A DNA stretch of 64,000 bases from Antedon mediterranea (taxonomy: Eukaryota; Animalia; Echinodermata). Of the stretch, positions 12,901-23,666 are shown piece by piece; positions within the stretch are counted from its first letter, which is position 1, and each line of letters begins with the position of its first letter. The DNA lies in contig NC_092674.1 of NCBI RefSeq assembly GCF_964355755.1, forward strand, positions 3,968,001 through 4,032,000, given 5' to 3'. The translations under genes were made by a program, and so were the position numbers. The notes below the pieces were generated by a model that worked only from the letters and a program-made list of their open reading frames with translations, was not told where the DNA came from and did no database searches.

Positions 12901-13744
12901 AGGCCCTGTTGTTAAGTGTATTCTTTATTCTTATTAATTGTACTAAATTATTAAAAGAAACAGTAGTAAGCATAACATTTCCCCACTCCTACATTAACAT
13001 GGTAGGACATTGTAATGGTCGCAGGTGGCTCAACTTTATTACTGCAATGGGATGTACATGGTCCTACTACCACCTTACCATCCAATAGGATTCCAGTAAA
13101 TTTCCTTTACTACCAATCATAATTCAGTAATTAAATGACCCCTTAAGTTAACAAGGAAATCAGCCTATCCGATTATGCCGGTAGGCTTCGTCGTACAGGT
13201 GTACTGCGGTAATAGTTGAGAATTCTCAACTAGCCAATTTGGTATATTTTATATACCTGCGTATGCTTACGTCGATTTTAGTGTTGTTACGAAAGTTGAA
13301 ATTTTTTTCTTACGTCGGTCAGATTTATGACGTATTTGAAACAACATCTCTGATTGGTGTTTCTTTTTAGAGCGGGTTTTATCATTTTTCGCGCGAAATG
13401 TTGAATGATGTTATTGTACCTGTAGCTACTCAGCATCAGTGTCAGTGCAACTCAGCATCAGTGTCAGTGCAAAAACTAAATGTTTGTAACTAAAACTGTT
13501 ATCATACTGTACACATAATTATAAATAATAACAGTAGTTCAGCTGCTTAACAGGAAAATGCTATAAAATTAAAATTTGTAGTCATTAACTTAAGAAAAAC
13601 AAGTGAAAAACACTTTAAATATGTTTAATTATTTTTCTTTGATTTAAAATAATTATTGAAAAGCCTCAACACACTAGTTTTAAAATGTTAAATATTTTTA
13701 CAGAGAAAATTTTAAACACAAAATGAGGCCTATAATGATTCCAA

Positions 13745-14525
13745 AGTACTACAAAAACGTGCACTTCGGATTTGCGCGGGAGAATCATTTAGAGCCCATA
13801 CAAAATTACTTTTTAAAAGATTTAACGTTTTAAACATTTATGATTTAAATAAATTACAAGTTGCCTCATTTATGTACCGTTTATCTAACAATTTACTGCC
13901 TTCACATTTTAATGCTTTATTTACAAGAATTGACGAACGCCATTCCTATAAAACCCGATCCTCTGTTAACAATTATATCCTTGATAATTTAAATGTTAAG
14001 GCTCGACGATTTTCTATGTATTATTTTGGTCCCAAACTTTGGACTTCACTCTCAAATGAACTTAAACAGAAATCTTCCTTTTCTAGTTTTAAATCTAATT
14101 TCAAACACAAAATGGTGTCAGAATATGCTACATAAATTTTCGCCGATCTTTTATCCTTATTTATTTGGTGGTGATACATGGCATTAAATCCTTCACCCTG
14201 GTATTCAATAATCTCCGCTACATTGTATCGTTATACTTGTTATTATACCATATTTAATTATTTATTTCATATTGTACTCTAATTGTTATCATTATCCCTT
14301 TTATCATATATTATATAATTGCCTGGTTTATCTTAACTCCTATAATTTAAATGTTTTTTATTTCTTTATTTTATGTACTTTCACTATTATATATTCATAT
14401 TTTAGTCTACTCTGTGGCAATGTTAGTATACTTAGGCATACTGGAGTCACGACTTAAAGTTCAGTGAACTTACTGTGACTTCCATCCACCCACATTTAAT
14501 ATATGTTATGTTATGTAAATGTAAA

Positions 14526-14562
<37 letters not shown>

Positions 14563-14600
14563 TGAGTGGAAAAAATAAATAAACGAAAATAAACGAAAGT
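13745..14600 (+). mobile_element. 5'-truncated LINE (CR1/L2-group) ORF2 C-terminus plus 3' UTR
   Basis: LQKRALRIC...HTKLLFKRFNVLNIYDL...FMYR...RFSMYYFGPKLWTSL...SFKSNFK (stop 14135), followed by an AT-rich UTR, (TA)n and an AAATAAA-type tail. Confidence 0.8.
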
Positions 14601-14782
14601 AAATACTGCCCATTACATAGGAAATATCACACTTATTTATTATTAACATTTTTACATGTGAACAGAAAGTCTGCTTCTAGTACCACTGAAAATTAAACAA
14701 AACATTGATATTAACATTGATAATGTATCAACATTGAAAGTGTATGTGTTGCCTTCACAAATTGTTTTGCTTTATTAAATAG

Positions 14783-14856
14783 ATATACAAGAACGACACC
14801 AGAAAGATTGAATCAACTTGTGTCCTTAATTCAGCCCCATCTGAAAGAGAGAAACT
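14783..14856 (+). pseudogene. Relic Harbinger transposase exon fragment
   Basis: After an AG acceptor it reads YTRTTPERLNQLVSLIQPHLKERN, aligning with YLRMTPERFSHLLSAVEPYLKIRQ at 19096 in the same intron phase. Confidence 0.6.
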
Positions 14857-15114
14857 ACAGTACAGTGTACCACAGTTTCAGAGTTTAAAAATATGTTTAT
14901 AATTTTAGTACTCAACTTTTTAGATTTATTTAAAGGTTTAATTTCCTGTATCATATATATTGTGTGACACAGTGTGCAAAGAAAGTTACTGTATATCACT
15001 TAAGGTAATCAGTAAAAGTGTTTGTGTTTGCTTTTTAAAAATGTATTTAGTTAATAAGTAAGTAATTATAGTATTTAGTTAAAGGTTTGATTGTCGGTAT
15101 TATATATTCTGTAT

Positions 15115-16696
15115 CAGTGGTGGCGCCAGCGGGGGGGCTACGGGGGCTCTATCCCCCTCGTCGGGGAGCCTAGCCCCCCGTCGGGGAACACGGGTACTTT
15201 TTGTCGGGGAATATAATATACAGTAAAAAACGTTCGCGTTCACTTCATATAGCTTCAGCGCCTAGAAAACCACGACGTTCCATTGACCGTGAGAGTACGT
15301 CAGAGGGCTATTATGCACTTTTATGCATTCATTTATTGCCAGCGATCTAACTTGCTACTAAACATTAGCTAGGTACGCACTTGTCTGGCGGTATCCCTTT
15401 GTACGAATCGTTCAACGTTGGGTCGAGACGCGTGATATCAAGTTCCATCCAGGGACCAAAATGTGTAATGTAGTTATTTTCCAGGCGAAGTTTACCGACG
15501 GTTACCGAAGGAAACACGGGTACTTTTTGTCGGGGAATATATACAGTAAAAAGCGTTCGCGTTCACTTCGTAGCTAGCTTCAGCGCCTAGAAAACCGCGA
15601 CGTTTCATTGACCGTGAGAGAGTACGTCAGAGTGATATTATGCACTTTATAAGCACTCATTATTGCCAGCGATCTAACTTACTACTAAATAGCTAGGTTC
15701 GCACTTGTCTGGCGGTATCCCTTTGTACGAATCGTTCAACGTTGGGTCGAGACGCGTGATATCATGTTCCATCCAGGGACCAAAATGTGTACTGTAGTTA
15801 TTTTCCAGGCGAATTTTACTGACGGTTACGTCGTGTACTGCGTCGACGTACGCTACACTACAGCAAAAACGAATTATGTTAATTGTTCGTATGTTCACCA
15901 ATTTTTTTAATTTACAAGTAACATTCTGTACCGTGGGGCACCTAAAATAAATTTTTCATCCATTACTAAACAAAAAAACATGCCATTTTCGCTTAGCCAA
16001 CATCTTATTATAGCTAAGTTATTACATTTTCAATGTCCTGTATGTCATGAATTTCTCACCACTCCGAAGTCCAGATGGTACGCACGCATACACTTGGGAG
16101 GAATAAATTTATTTCCCCGACTGAAAAAGGTCTACGCTTGCGTTTTTTAAGCCTCTATGCCTGATGTTTCCGAAGTATAAAATGCAATTTTTTGAAGACC
16201 TGCAGCTCTAGTTTTAAACAGTTTCTTAGCTCAGCCCCAACAATAAAGCTGGTCATATTTCGAAGTACAAGAAGTGCATTTTCCGGGACCTAACATCTCT
16301 ATTTTTCAAACATTTCTTAGCTCAGTCACAACCTTGATAGGGACTTATATATTTTATTTCATGTTTTGAAGTATAATAAGTCCAATTTCCGGGACCTCCA
16401 ACACTATTTTTCTAAATTTTCTTTGAACTTTTATTTTTTAAATTGAAAAATATGGATTGAAACAGTCATCGCGCATCGTTTTTTTGCACGCAGTATTTTA
16501 TTTATGCATTATAAAAAATGGAAAAAATGGCTACCCTAAATCTGATTAAAATGACCTCAAATGACGCTAGAACGCGTTGCTTCCGGGGCCCTTGGCGGCC
16601 GCCTGGCCCCCAGCCTAGTGATGCTCGCTTCGCTCGCATAGCCCCCTCGTCGGGGATTGTAGCCCCCGCGTCGGGAAGATCCTGGCGCCACCCCTG
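15115..16696. mobile_element. hAT-family non-autonomous element
   Basis: TIR CAGTGGTGGCGCCAG / CTGGCGCCACCCCTG; perfect 8-bp TSD TTCTGTAT (15107-15114, 16697-16704); internal ~326-bp tandem duplication (about 15187-15828); TCGGGGA subterminal motifs. Confidence 0.9.
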
Positions 16697-17956
16697 TTCT
16701 GTATGCCATGGTGTATGCATCTATTATTTTTGAGAATTTATATATAAATGGCCTAATCCATAAAATAGTATTGTGCAGAATGTATTTGTAAATAAATTTA
16801 TTTAACAAGTATTTACTGTATGCTTCTTATTATTAAGTGTGGAGGGATATTGAATGGCAATATTATTTAATAACTGTGTTATTATTACTATTATTATCAT
16901 TATTATTAATTGTTATTAAATATCTTACCTTCTGTATTTAATATTACATCTACTGCATCAGAGTCTAATAGCATGCTTCTTATAACAACACAAACAACAA
17001 AAACATTGATTAGAAAAACTCAGATGGAGCAAATAGTGCCGGTTTAAATTGTTTAAAAACATCGAATCATTTCTCCTAATAAAAGAATAGTTAATGAACT
17101 TAATTACCCGGAAGGAGAATATGTCAATAAAATAAAGAAAAGTGTGAATAGAAAGAACTTGAATAATTATACGTTTTTAATATAGGGCTAATTTTTATCC
17201 TTTTTTGGTAAAGAGGTGTTGTAAAAAAGCTGCTTTTATTAATGAAATTCGTATTTTCGTATCTATTAAAAATAGGCCTATCCTTTTCCATTGTATATCT
17301 TGCGCTTACGACTCTTACGCTTACTTACGTAAGAATCGTTAATAACGCAACGCAAGTGATCGCAAGCAATAAAATCCCGGTTTCCTGTAAATTCGCGATA
17401 AATCGACGTATCAGACGGAGATTCGATACCCCGGTTTCCTGTCGATCGTCTATTTTTCTTGCGTTTACGTCGATTTCACCAAAATATTGCCGTAAGCGGT
17501 TTCCTGTCAAATGTTGGTTTCTTAAGGCTGGTTTCCTGTCGACGTAAGAAGTCGAATTTTGCAACGATTCTTGCGTTTCATACGTTTCTTACGTCTCTTA
17601 CGAAAGTTGAGAAAAAATTGACGTCGTTGACGTAAAGCCTGGTTTCCAGTCGACGTAAGACTTGCTTCCGCTTACGATTGCGTCGTTTTCTTACGATTAC
17701 GCTTGCGTTCCGATCAGTAGACAAAAAACTAACGTCGACACAAAATTGTCATAATCGCGTTGGACCGCAAAAATTTAGATTATTACATGTGCTGATTCCG
17801 TCGTTACGAAAGTTGAATTTATCGCAAGTCTGTCCTTCTTGCGCTTACGTCGAGTTGAATTTTTTCCTTCCGACAACACATGGCTCACACAATTCCTCCT
17901 CGCGAAAAGAGAGGAGGCCATTTTCCAAAACATAAACAGTGCAGTGCGATTTCAAT

Positions 17957-20187
17957 ATGGTTATTCGTAGGAGAGGACGTGAGTTGGCCAAAAAGATACT
18001 ATATTTAAGAATATTAACGAGAAGGATTAGAGGAGAAAGGAGTTGAACAAAGAACCAAGAATCCACAAGTTCTGGGAGAGGAAAGTGCTAAAAGAAAGAA
18101 TAGAGTTCGGGCAGTACCATACATTATTTAAGACCCTGATAAAAAACGACAGAGAATGGTTTTTTTAGGTAGGCCTAGGCCTATATATATTAATAACATT
18201 TAATTATTATTAATATCTTTTTAGGCCTAGATGTTTAATTGTAATTTGCATTTATAATTATAAAGGCCCTAGGCCTAGGCCTAGTAGAGTACATGGCCAT
18301 CATATGGACCTGGCTAAATAAAGATGAAGGTCACAGTTCATTTCAGCCGCCGAGCTGGCGTCTATATAAAGACGATGGTGAGTAAAATAGGCCTAGGCCT
18401 AGGCTAGGATAGGCCTATATAGGCTTACAGTATTTAGGCCTATATGCTATGATCAAGACACTCCTAGACAGATCTTTATTCTAGGCTAGTAAAGTAGGTA
18501 GGTTACTACAACTAGAATCCAGTCCACACATGGTCTACACTACTAGTACTACTACTACTACTGTACACCCATCTACAGTGGTAGCCTAGAGAAGTACTAA
18601 ACGGATAGGAAGTATGTATTACTCCTACTGTTATTATTATGTTGAAAAATTAAAATCTAAATTGATTAAATAGTGCATGCAGTACACAATGAACAATTGT
18701 AGTCTAAATAAAATATCCCAAACAAAAGTGCATTTATTGCCGTAGAAGATTGAATACATAACATAATCACAAATAATACATTTACTAATCATGAATTAAC
18801 TTTCACATTTGGCAAATCAATTCTGTTATTACTTCTTAAAATAGTCACGGAACAATTGCATAATTTGTAGTTCCATATCTTCCTTGTCTTCCAAGTCGTC
18901 CGAGACATTACCCAATAAGTCGGCTTCTTCTGTTTCATTTTGCAACTCAGTACCTTCTCCTAAAATGACAATAAATAATGTTTTTTTTTATTTTTAAGCC
19001 TTGAAAGTATGTAGTGTTGGTACAAACTATTTTGTAGTAATGTAAATGTAAAATATTATTTTTTGTTATTTATAATTTTGTTTATTGTCTTCAGGTATTT
19101 AAGGATGACGCCGGAAAGATTTAGTCATCTTCTGTCTGCGGTTGAGCCCTATCTAAAGATAAGACAAGACAGAGGTCGTACTGCAATTTCAGCAGAAGAA
19201 AGGCTTGTGATAACTTTGCGTTATCTGGCTACGGGTGATTCGATGGCATCACAAACATTTAACTTTCGGGTTGGTCGTGCAACAGTTTCTAACATAATCC
19301 GGGAAGTTTGTGATTCAATTTGGACAGCTTTAAATAAGAAATACCTAAGGCTACCCTCAAGTGAGAGTGAATGGATGACAATTGCAGAAAAATTTGAAAA
19401 TGATTGGGATGTTCCTCATGCGATTGGTGCAGTAGACGGTAAGCACATTGCTATCGAGTGTCCCAAATTTGGCGGCTCGATGTACTATAACTATAAAGGC
19501 TTTCATAGTACAGTATTAATGGCAATTTGTGATGCCAGTTACTCATTTGTATGGACAAGCATTGGCTCATATGGGCGGGACAATGATTTTGCTATTTTTG
19601 GTGCGTCATCATTTTTCAAAAGAGCTGATTTTGGAACGCTAAAGCTGCCACCACCATCGGTTGTGGGTGGTCAACAATTGCCTTATGTTTTATTAGGGGA
19701 TGATATATTTCCTCTTAAAACTTGGTTAATAAAACCATATGGTGGCAACAATTTGACTGATGAAGAGGAAGTGGCAAATTATAGGACATCGAGAGGACGC
19801 CCAACCATCGAAAACACCTTTGGTGTAATGGCTGCAAGGTGGCGCATATTTAGGCGTCCTATAAGAGCAAATATTGAAACTGTTGACCAGATTACAAAAG
19901 CTGTAATCTGCCTACACAATTACCTAATGCAAACTGATAACGCACACTACATACCCAGCGGGTTTGTTGACAGCTGGAGCAATGCAGAATTTAAAGAAGG
20001 GGAATGGCGCAGTGTTGTGTAAGATGATGAAACTGGCCTTCAAAATATAAGAAGTGTGGGGTCAAACAATTATACGGCTACTGCCAAAGAAACAAGAGAT
20101 AGGTTTCGAGACTACTTTAACAGCCAGGAAGGTGCTGTTCCTTGGCAGTATGATGTGGTACACAATTGCGGTCCTTTGGCATCTTAA
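17957..20187 (+). pseudogene. Harbinger (HARBI1-like DDE) transposase, 2 exons, disrupted
   Basis: Exon 1 about 17957-18168 (..KFWERKVLKERIEFGQYHTLF..WFF, frameshifted). Exon 2 is 19095-20187 with GAVDGKH, YYNYKGFHS, GDDIFPL, IENTFG and LHNY motifs. Premature TAA at 20020-22 is followed in frame by RDRFRDYFNSQEGAVPWQ. Confidence 0.9.
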
Positions 20188-21583
20188 AAGTGTTGTTAGT
20201 AAATTGTTTAAAATATGTATTTGTAGTCTTCCTGTTTTGTAAATAATCTATATGACATTTTTTTAAATCTATTTTCAAATATGTTCTGAGTAATTTTTAA
20301 TATTGACAAATCTTGTTTATTGAAGAAAAAAATAACAATGTTGTAGTTTATGCTTGCTATAACTTGCATTCATAATTATTTTTTGTTGTCTTGTCCTTGT
20401 ACTATGGTTTACATTTCCAAACATTCCAAATAAAAATCGATTTTACATGAGCAAAAATTATTTAAATATATTGCTGATGTTGCAGAACGTTAACAAATAT
20501 TTATATTTGATTGCTACTTGAAGATGTTATTAAATGTTGTTAATGAGATATTGAGATGTAAAATTACTTTTATTTGTTTATCCTCATTTCAAATAGTGTG
20601 ATAAAAAATTTAGTGTGTGGTGGTTGATAAATACAATTATTTACCTGAGTCGTCAAAGTCCAGCTCCAACACTTGTTGAGTTTCGGAAAAAAAGCCGTGT
20701 GCATTCAGATGAAGCTTCCGACTCGGTTAATGAAATCGACATTTCTTCGGACTCTAGTGTCTTCCTATGATTTATATGTTTAATCAACCATCTCATGTGT
20801 TCCCACTCATGGCCAATTGGGAGGATGTCATCCCTGCCTGCACCACTACGGACACTAGCCCTAACCTTCTTTAGATGTCTACAAAAGTAATAATAATTAT
20901 AACGATTATTATAATAACTATAATTATGATTATAATAATAATAATAAGGGCCTAGCCTAGGCCTTACACTCTACCTGGAAAATGCTGTTCTTCGAGTGTT
21001 ATAAATTTGTTGGCACTCTTCTACTGCGACGTTAACATCTTTAGAAACAGCTTCCCACGCATTTTTTTTCCCCGTTTTCCACTTTTGTATTCTTTGGTAT
21101 TTTTGTCATATAGACAAAGATAAGCTTGAATAGCGTCAAACACACGGACTTCTTTACATCTATTGGATTTTTTTACCCGGCGATGTTATTTACATATAGG
21201 CCTACAGTTCATCTATTGGATTTTTTTACCCGGTTTTTATTTCCTTTTTTATAAATAAATTCAAATGATGTAGGCTAATTATAATTATTTATTTTCATTA
21301 TCAAATGAATTATCATATGCCTATAAATTGTGTTTAGATTCAAGCATGGATTAAAGAATCTATTCTTTAATCCATGATTCAAGCAAACACTTCGGTGAAT
21401 TTAATAAATATATATCATTAATTTATTTCCCAACCTACCTTCATCATACAATTAAAACAAAATCATTACGTAACTTTTCCTCACCTGCTTTTGAACGCAA
21501 ACTATCCCAGGTGAACGTATTGTTATACTGATGATCCTGATGATGACACTGTTCTCTGACATTTTATGAAATGGTATTGCCAT
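18829..21583 (-). pseudogene. Harbinger second gene, MADF/Myb-SANT DNA-binding protein
   Basis: Exon about 21150-20975 (CLYDKNTKEYK..KNAWEAVS..VEECQQIYNTRRTAFSR). Exon 20878-20645 (SGAG..WEHMRWL, one extra T in a T7 run). Putative terminal exon 18959-18829. Possible first exon 21583-21485. Confidence 0.75.
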
Positions 21584-23666
21584 AACGTTTTTAATTTAGT
21601 CCGTCTGTGTGTATTATTTTTACTCATTATATCGTATTTTTATAATGTTTATATAATTATAATAAGTAACAAGCAAGACAATTTTGTATATTTCTTACAT
21701 CTATTTCGTATTTCATCCACCTAAATTATTACATTCTATCACGAATTGAAAAAAAAAAGTGGTTCATGTTTATTTACGTATCATTATTGTCAACAATTCT
21801 TAATATATACGGTACTTTCTACTTTCTATCACCTTTCGAAGCTTTGACCTTCTTGCCAACGTCACATAATCCTCGTCACTGATTGGCTGGTTCTTACGAT
21901 CATTGCGCTTACGCTTACGAAAGTTGACTTCAAGTCAACTTTCGTAAGCGTAAGCGGAAGGGTATAAAATCGAATCGTAAGGCATGTTCATCCAGAAATT
22001 CACCGGTTTCCTGTCGAACCGTCGAATATCGACGTAACAGACGGAAGCTTCAGTCACCGGTTTCCTGTCAAACACTTGTACTACGACGATTTCTACTTGC
22101 GTTACGTCGTTTTGACATTTAGCTTTTTTCAACCGGTTTCCTGTCGATTTTCAATTTCCAATGTAAAAACGACGCAATCGTAAGAAATTCTAATTTCTTA
22201 CGTCGACTGGAAACCAGGCTTTAGTCAAGATCGTGTCGGGCCACAGAAAAACATCTGTAGTTATGCTGCTCCCGAAAGTTGAAATTTTGGCTATGAAACA
22301 CACGTCGTATGCTTACGTCGATTTTAGTGTTGTTACGAAAGTTGAAATTTTTTTCTTACGTCGGTCAGATTTATGACGTATTTGAAACAACATCTCTGAT
22401 TGGTGTTTCTTTTTAGAGCGAGTTTTATCATTTTTTGCGCGAAATGTTGAATGATGTTATTGTACCTGTAGCTACTCAGCAGCAGTGTCAGTGCAGCACA
22501 CCAACATATTATTTTTAGTAGATAGGCTAGGCCCTAGTATTAGTAATAATACTTACTCCATGATTAATACTGTACTAATAGGAATTTATTTGACCAAAAT
22601 CTAACCAAACTAGCCTAGGAGCCTAGGCTAGTAGGCCTATGTACTATTGTATGAATCAAAATAATTATGAATGAATTATTGTGGCCTATAGCCTTAAATA
22701 GTTTTCAAAATTAAAAAAAGGCAAATAATTTCGGGATTCCTATTATTAATAGACCTACTTATGCCCTAGGCTAGGCCTTGGCCTATGGGCCCAGGCATAC
22801 TATAATCGAGCATGAGATAGTACTACCGCAGTAAGATACCCATTATTTACAGGCCTATAATAAGAATAAATTTAACAAAACAATATAAATTATACAAAAT
22901 CAAGCAAACATTTTTTTTTTAAAGTTACATAATAATATTATATTGCTTACAAAGGGGGCTTTCTATATCTTATCTTGTTGCAAATGTTCACCTTTCGCGA
23001 CGTTTCTACCGACAAATAGAACAGAAGAATGTCGGTTTCTTTGAAATGCTGATTGTTTATTGCACGTCCATAAATAAGTGTATTATATTTTGATATGAGT
23101 TGTAAACTCCCTGATTAGAACATTATTATATTGAAACTATACTGTGCATTTGTAAAGTATGTACAACATTGTAAAGTGGGCTAAAATTATAGTAGTAAAT
23201 ACATACAAATGTTATTGTCCGGCTTTATTTCACTATAAGGTCATACACATTACGTCATAACTCTTGTCGCTTATTGGTTGCTTGTTACGATTGCGCTTAC
23301 GTCTCTTGCGAAAGTTGAGGCTTCAAGTCAACTTTCGTAAGAGACGTAAGAAACGTGACGCAAGGGCGTTCATTCAAGCGTAAGATCAAAAATCCCGGTT
23401 TCCTGTAAAATCGGAAGAAAACATCGTAACGCAACAATTGTTAGGTCATCGGTTTCCTGTAAAATCGTTTGTCGTTACCATTTTTTTTACGTTGCGTCGA
23501 TTTTATAAATTTTCGATCATAATCGGTTTCCTGTAAAATCCGCATTTCCTACGACAAATCGACGTAGTCGCAACAAAAGTGATGTTCTTACGTCGACAGG
23601 AAACCAGGCTTATCGTAACTGACGTTAGAAAAACTGACTCTTACGTCGACAGGAAACCAGCCTTTA

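Larger units (their letters stand above)
2011..13259. mobile_element. 11.25-kb non-coding foldback element with 7-bp TSD (P/Galileo-like)
   Basis: Interrupts element A at CGTCGTATGC^TTACG (empty site seen at about 22302 and 23857). TSD CGTATGC at 2004-2010 and 13260-13266. Imperfect ~49-bp TIRs contain the 20-bp palindrome TAGTTGAGAATTCTCAACTA. Arms are inverted satellite arrays. Confidence 0.85.
17636..22220. mobile_element. Full-length two-gene PIF/Harbinger transposon C (decayed)
   Basis: TIR AGCCTGGTTTCCAGTCGACGTAAGA and its inverse, flanked by TAA/TTA. Inserted at GACG-TTA-GTCAAG of MITE B. Encodes a transposase and a MADF protein. Confidence 0.92.
17525..23610. mobile_element. Harbinger MITE B (~1.5 kb net), interrupted by element C
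   Basis: TIR AGGCTGGTTTCCTGTCGACGTAAGA after TTA. Near-identical to D once C is removed. The right junction lacks a full TTA, suggesting a small deletion. Confidence 0.85.
1811..23663. mobile_element. Composite/chimeric PIF-Harbinger element A (outer shell of the nest)
   Basis: TIR AGGCTGGTTTCCTGTCGACGTAAGA at 1811 and its inverse ending at 23663, with TTA on both sides. Left end (1811-2010 + 13260-13450) matches MITEs B/D. Right subterminal region (17290-17524 + 23611-23663) is a diverged variant. Confidence 0.75.

Noticed and set aside
16502-18066. Short ORFs in the GC-rich hAT end and Harbinger subterminal regions
   Set aside because: They overlap TE termini on both strands with no recognisable domains and are chance ORFs.
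19063-20022. 319-aa ORF as a domesticated host HARBI1 gene
   Set aside because: It lies between TIRs with a TWA target, has a MADF partner, and has a premature stop and a frameshifted exon 1. The ORF's N-terminus is intron sequence.
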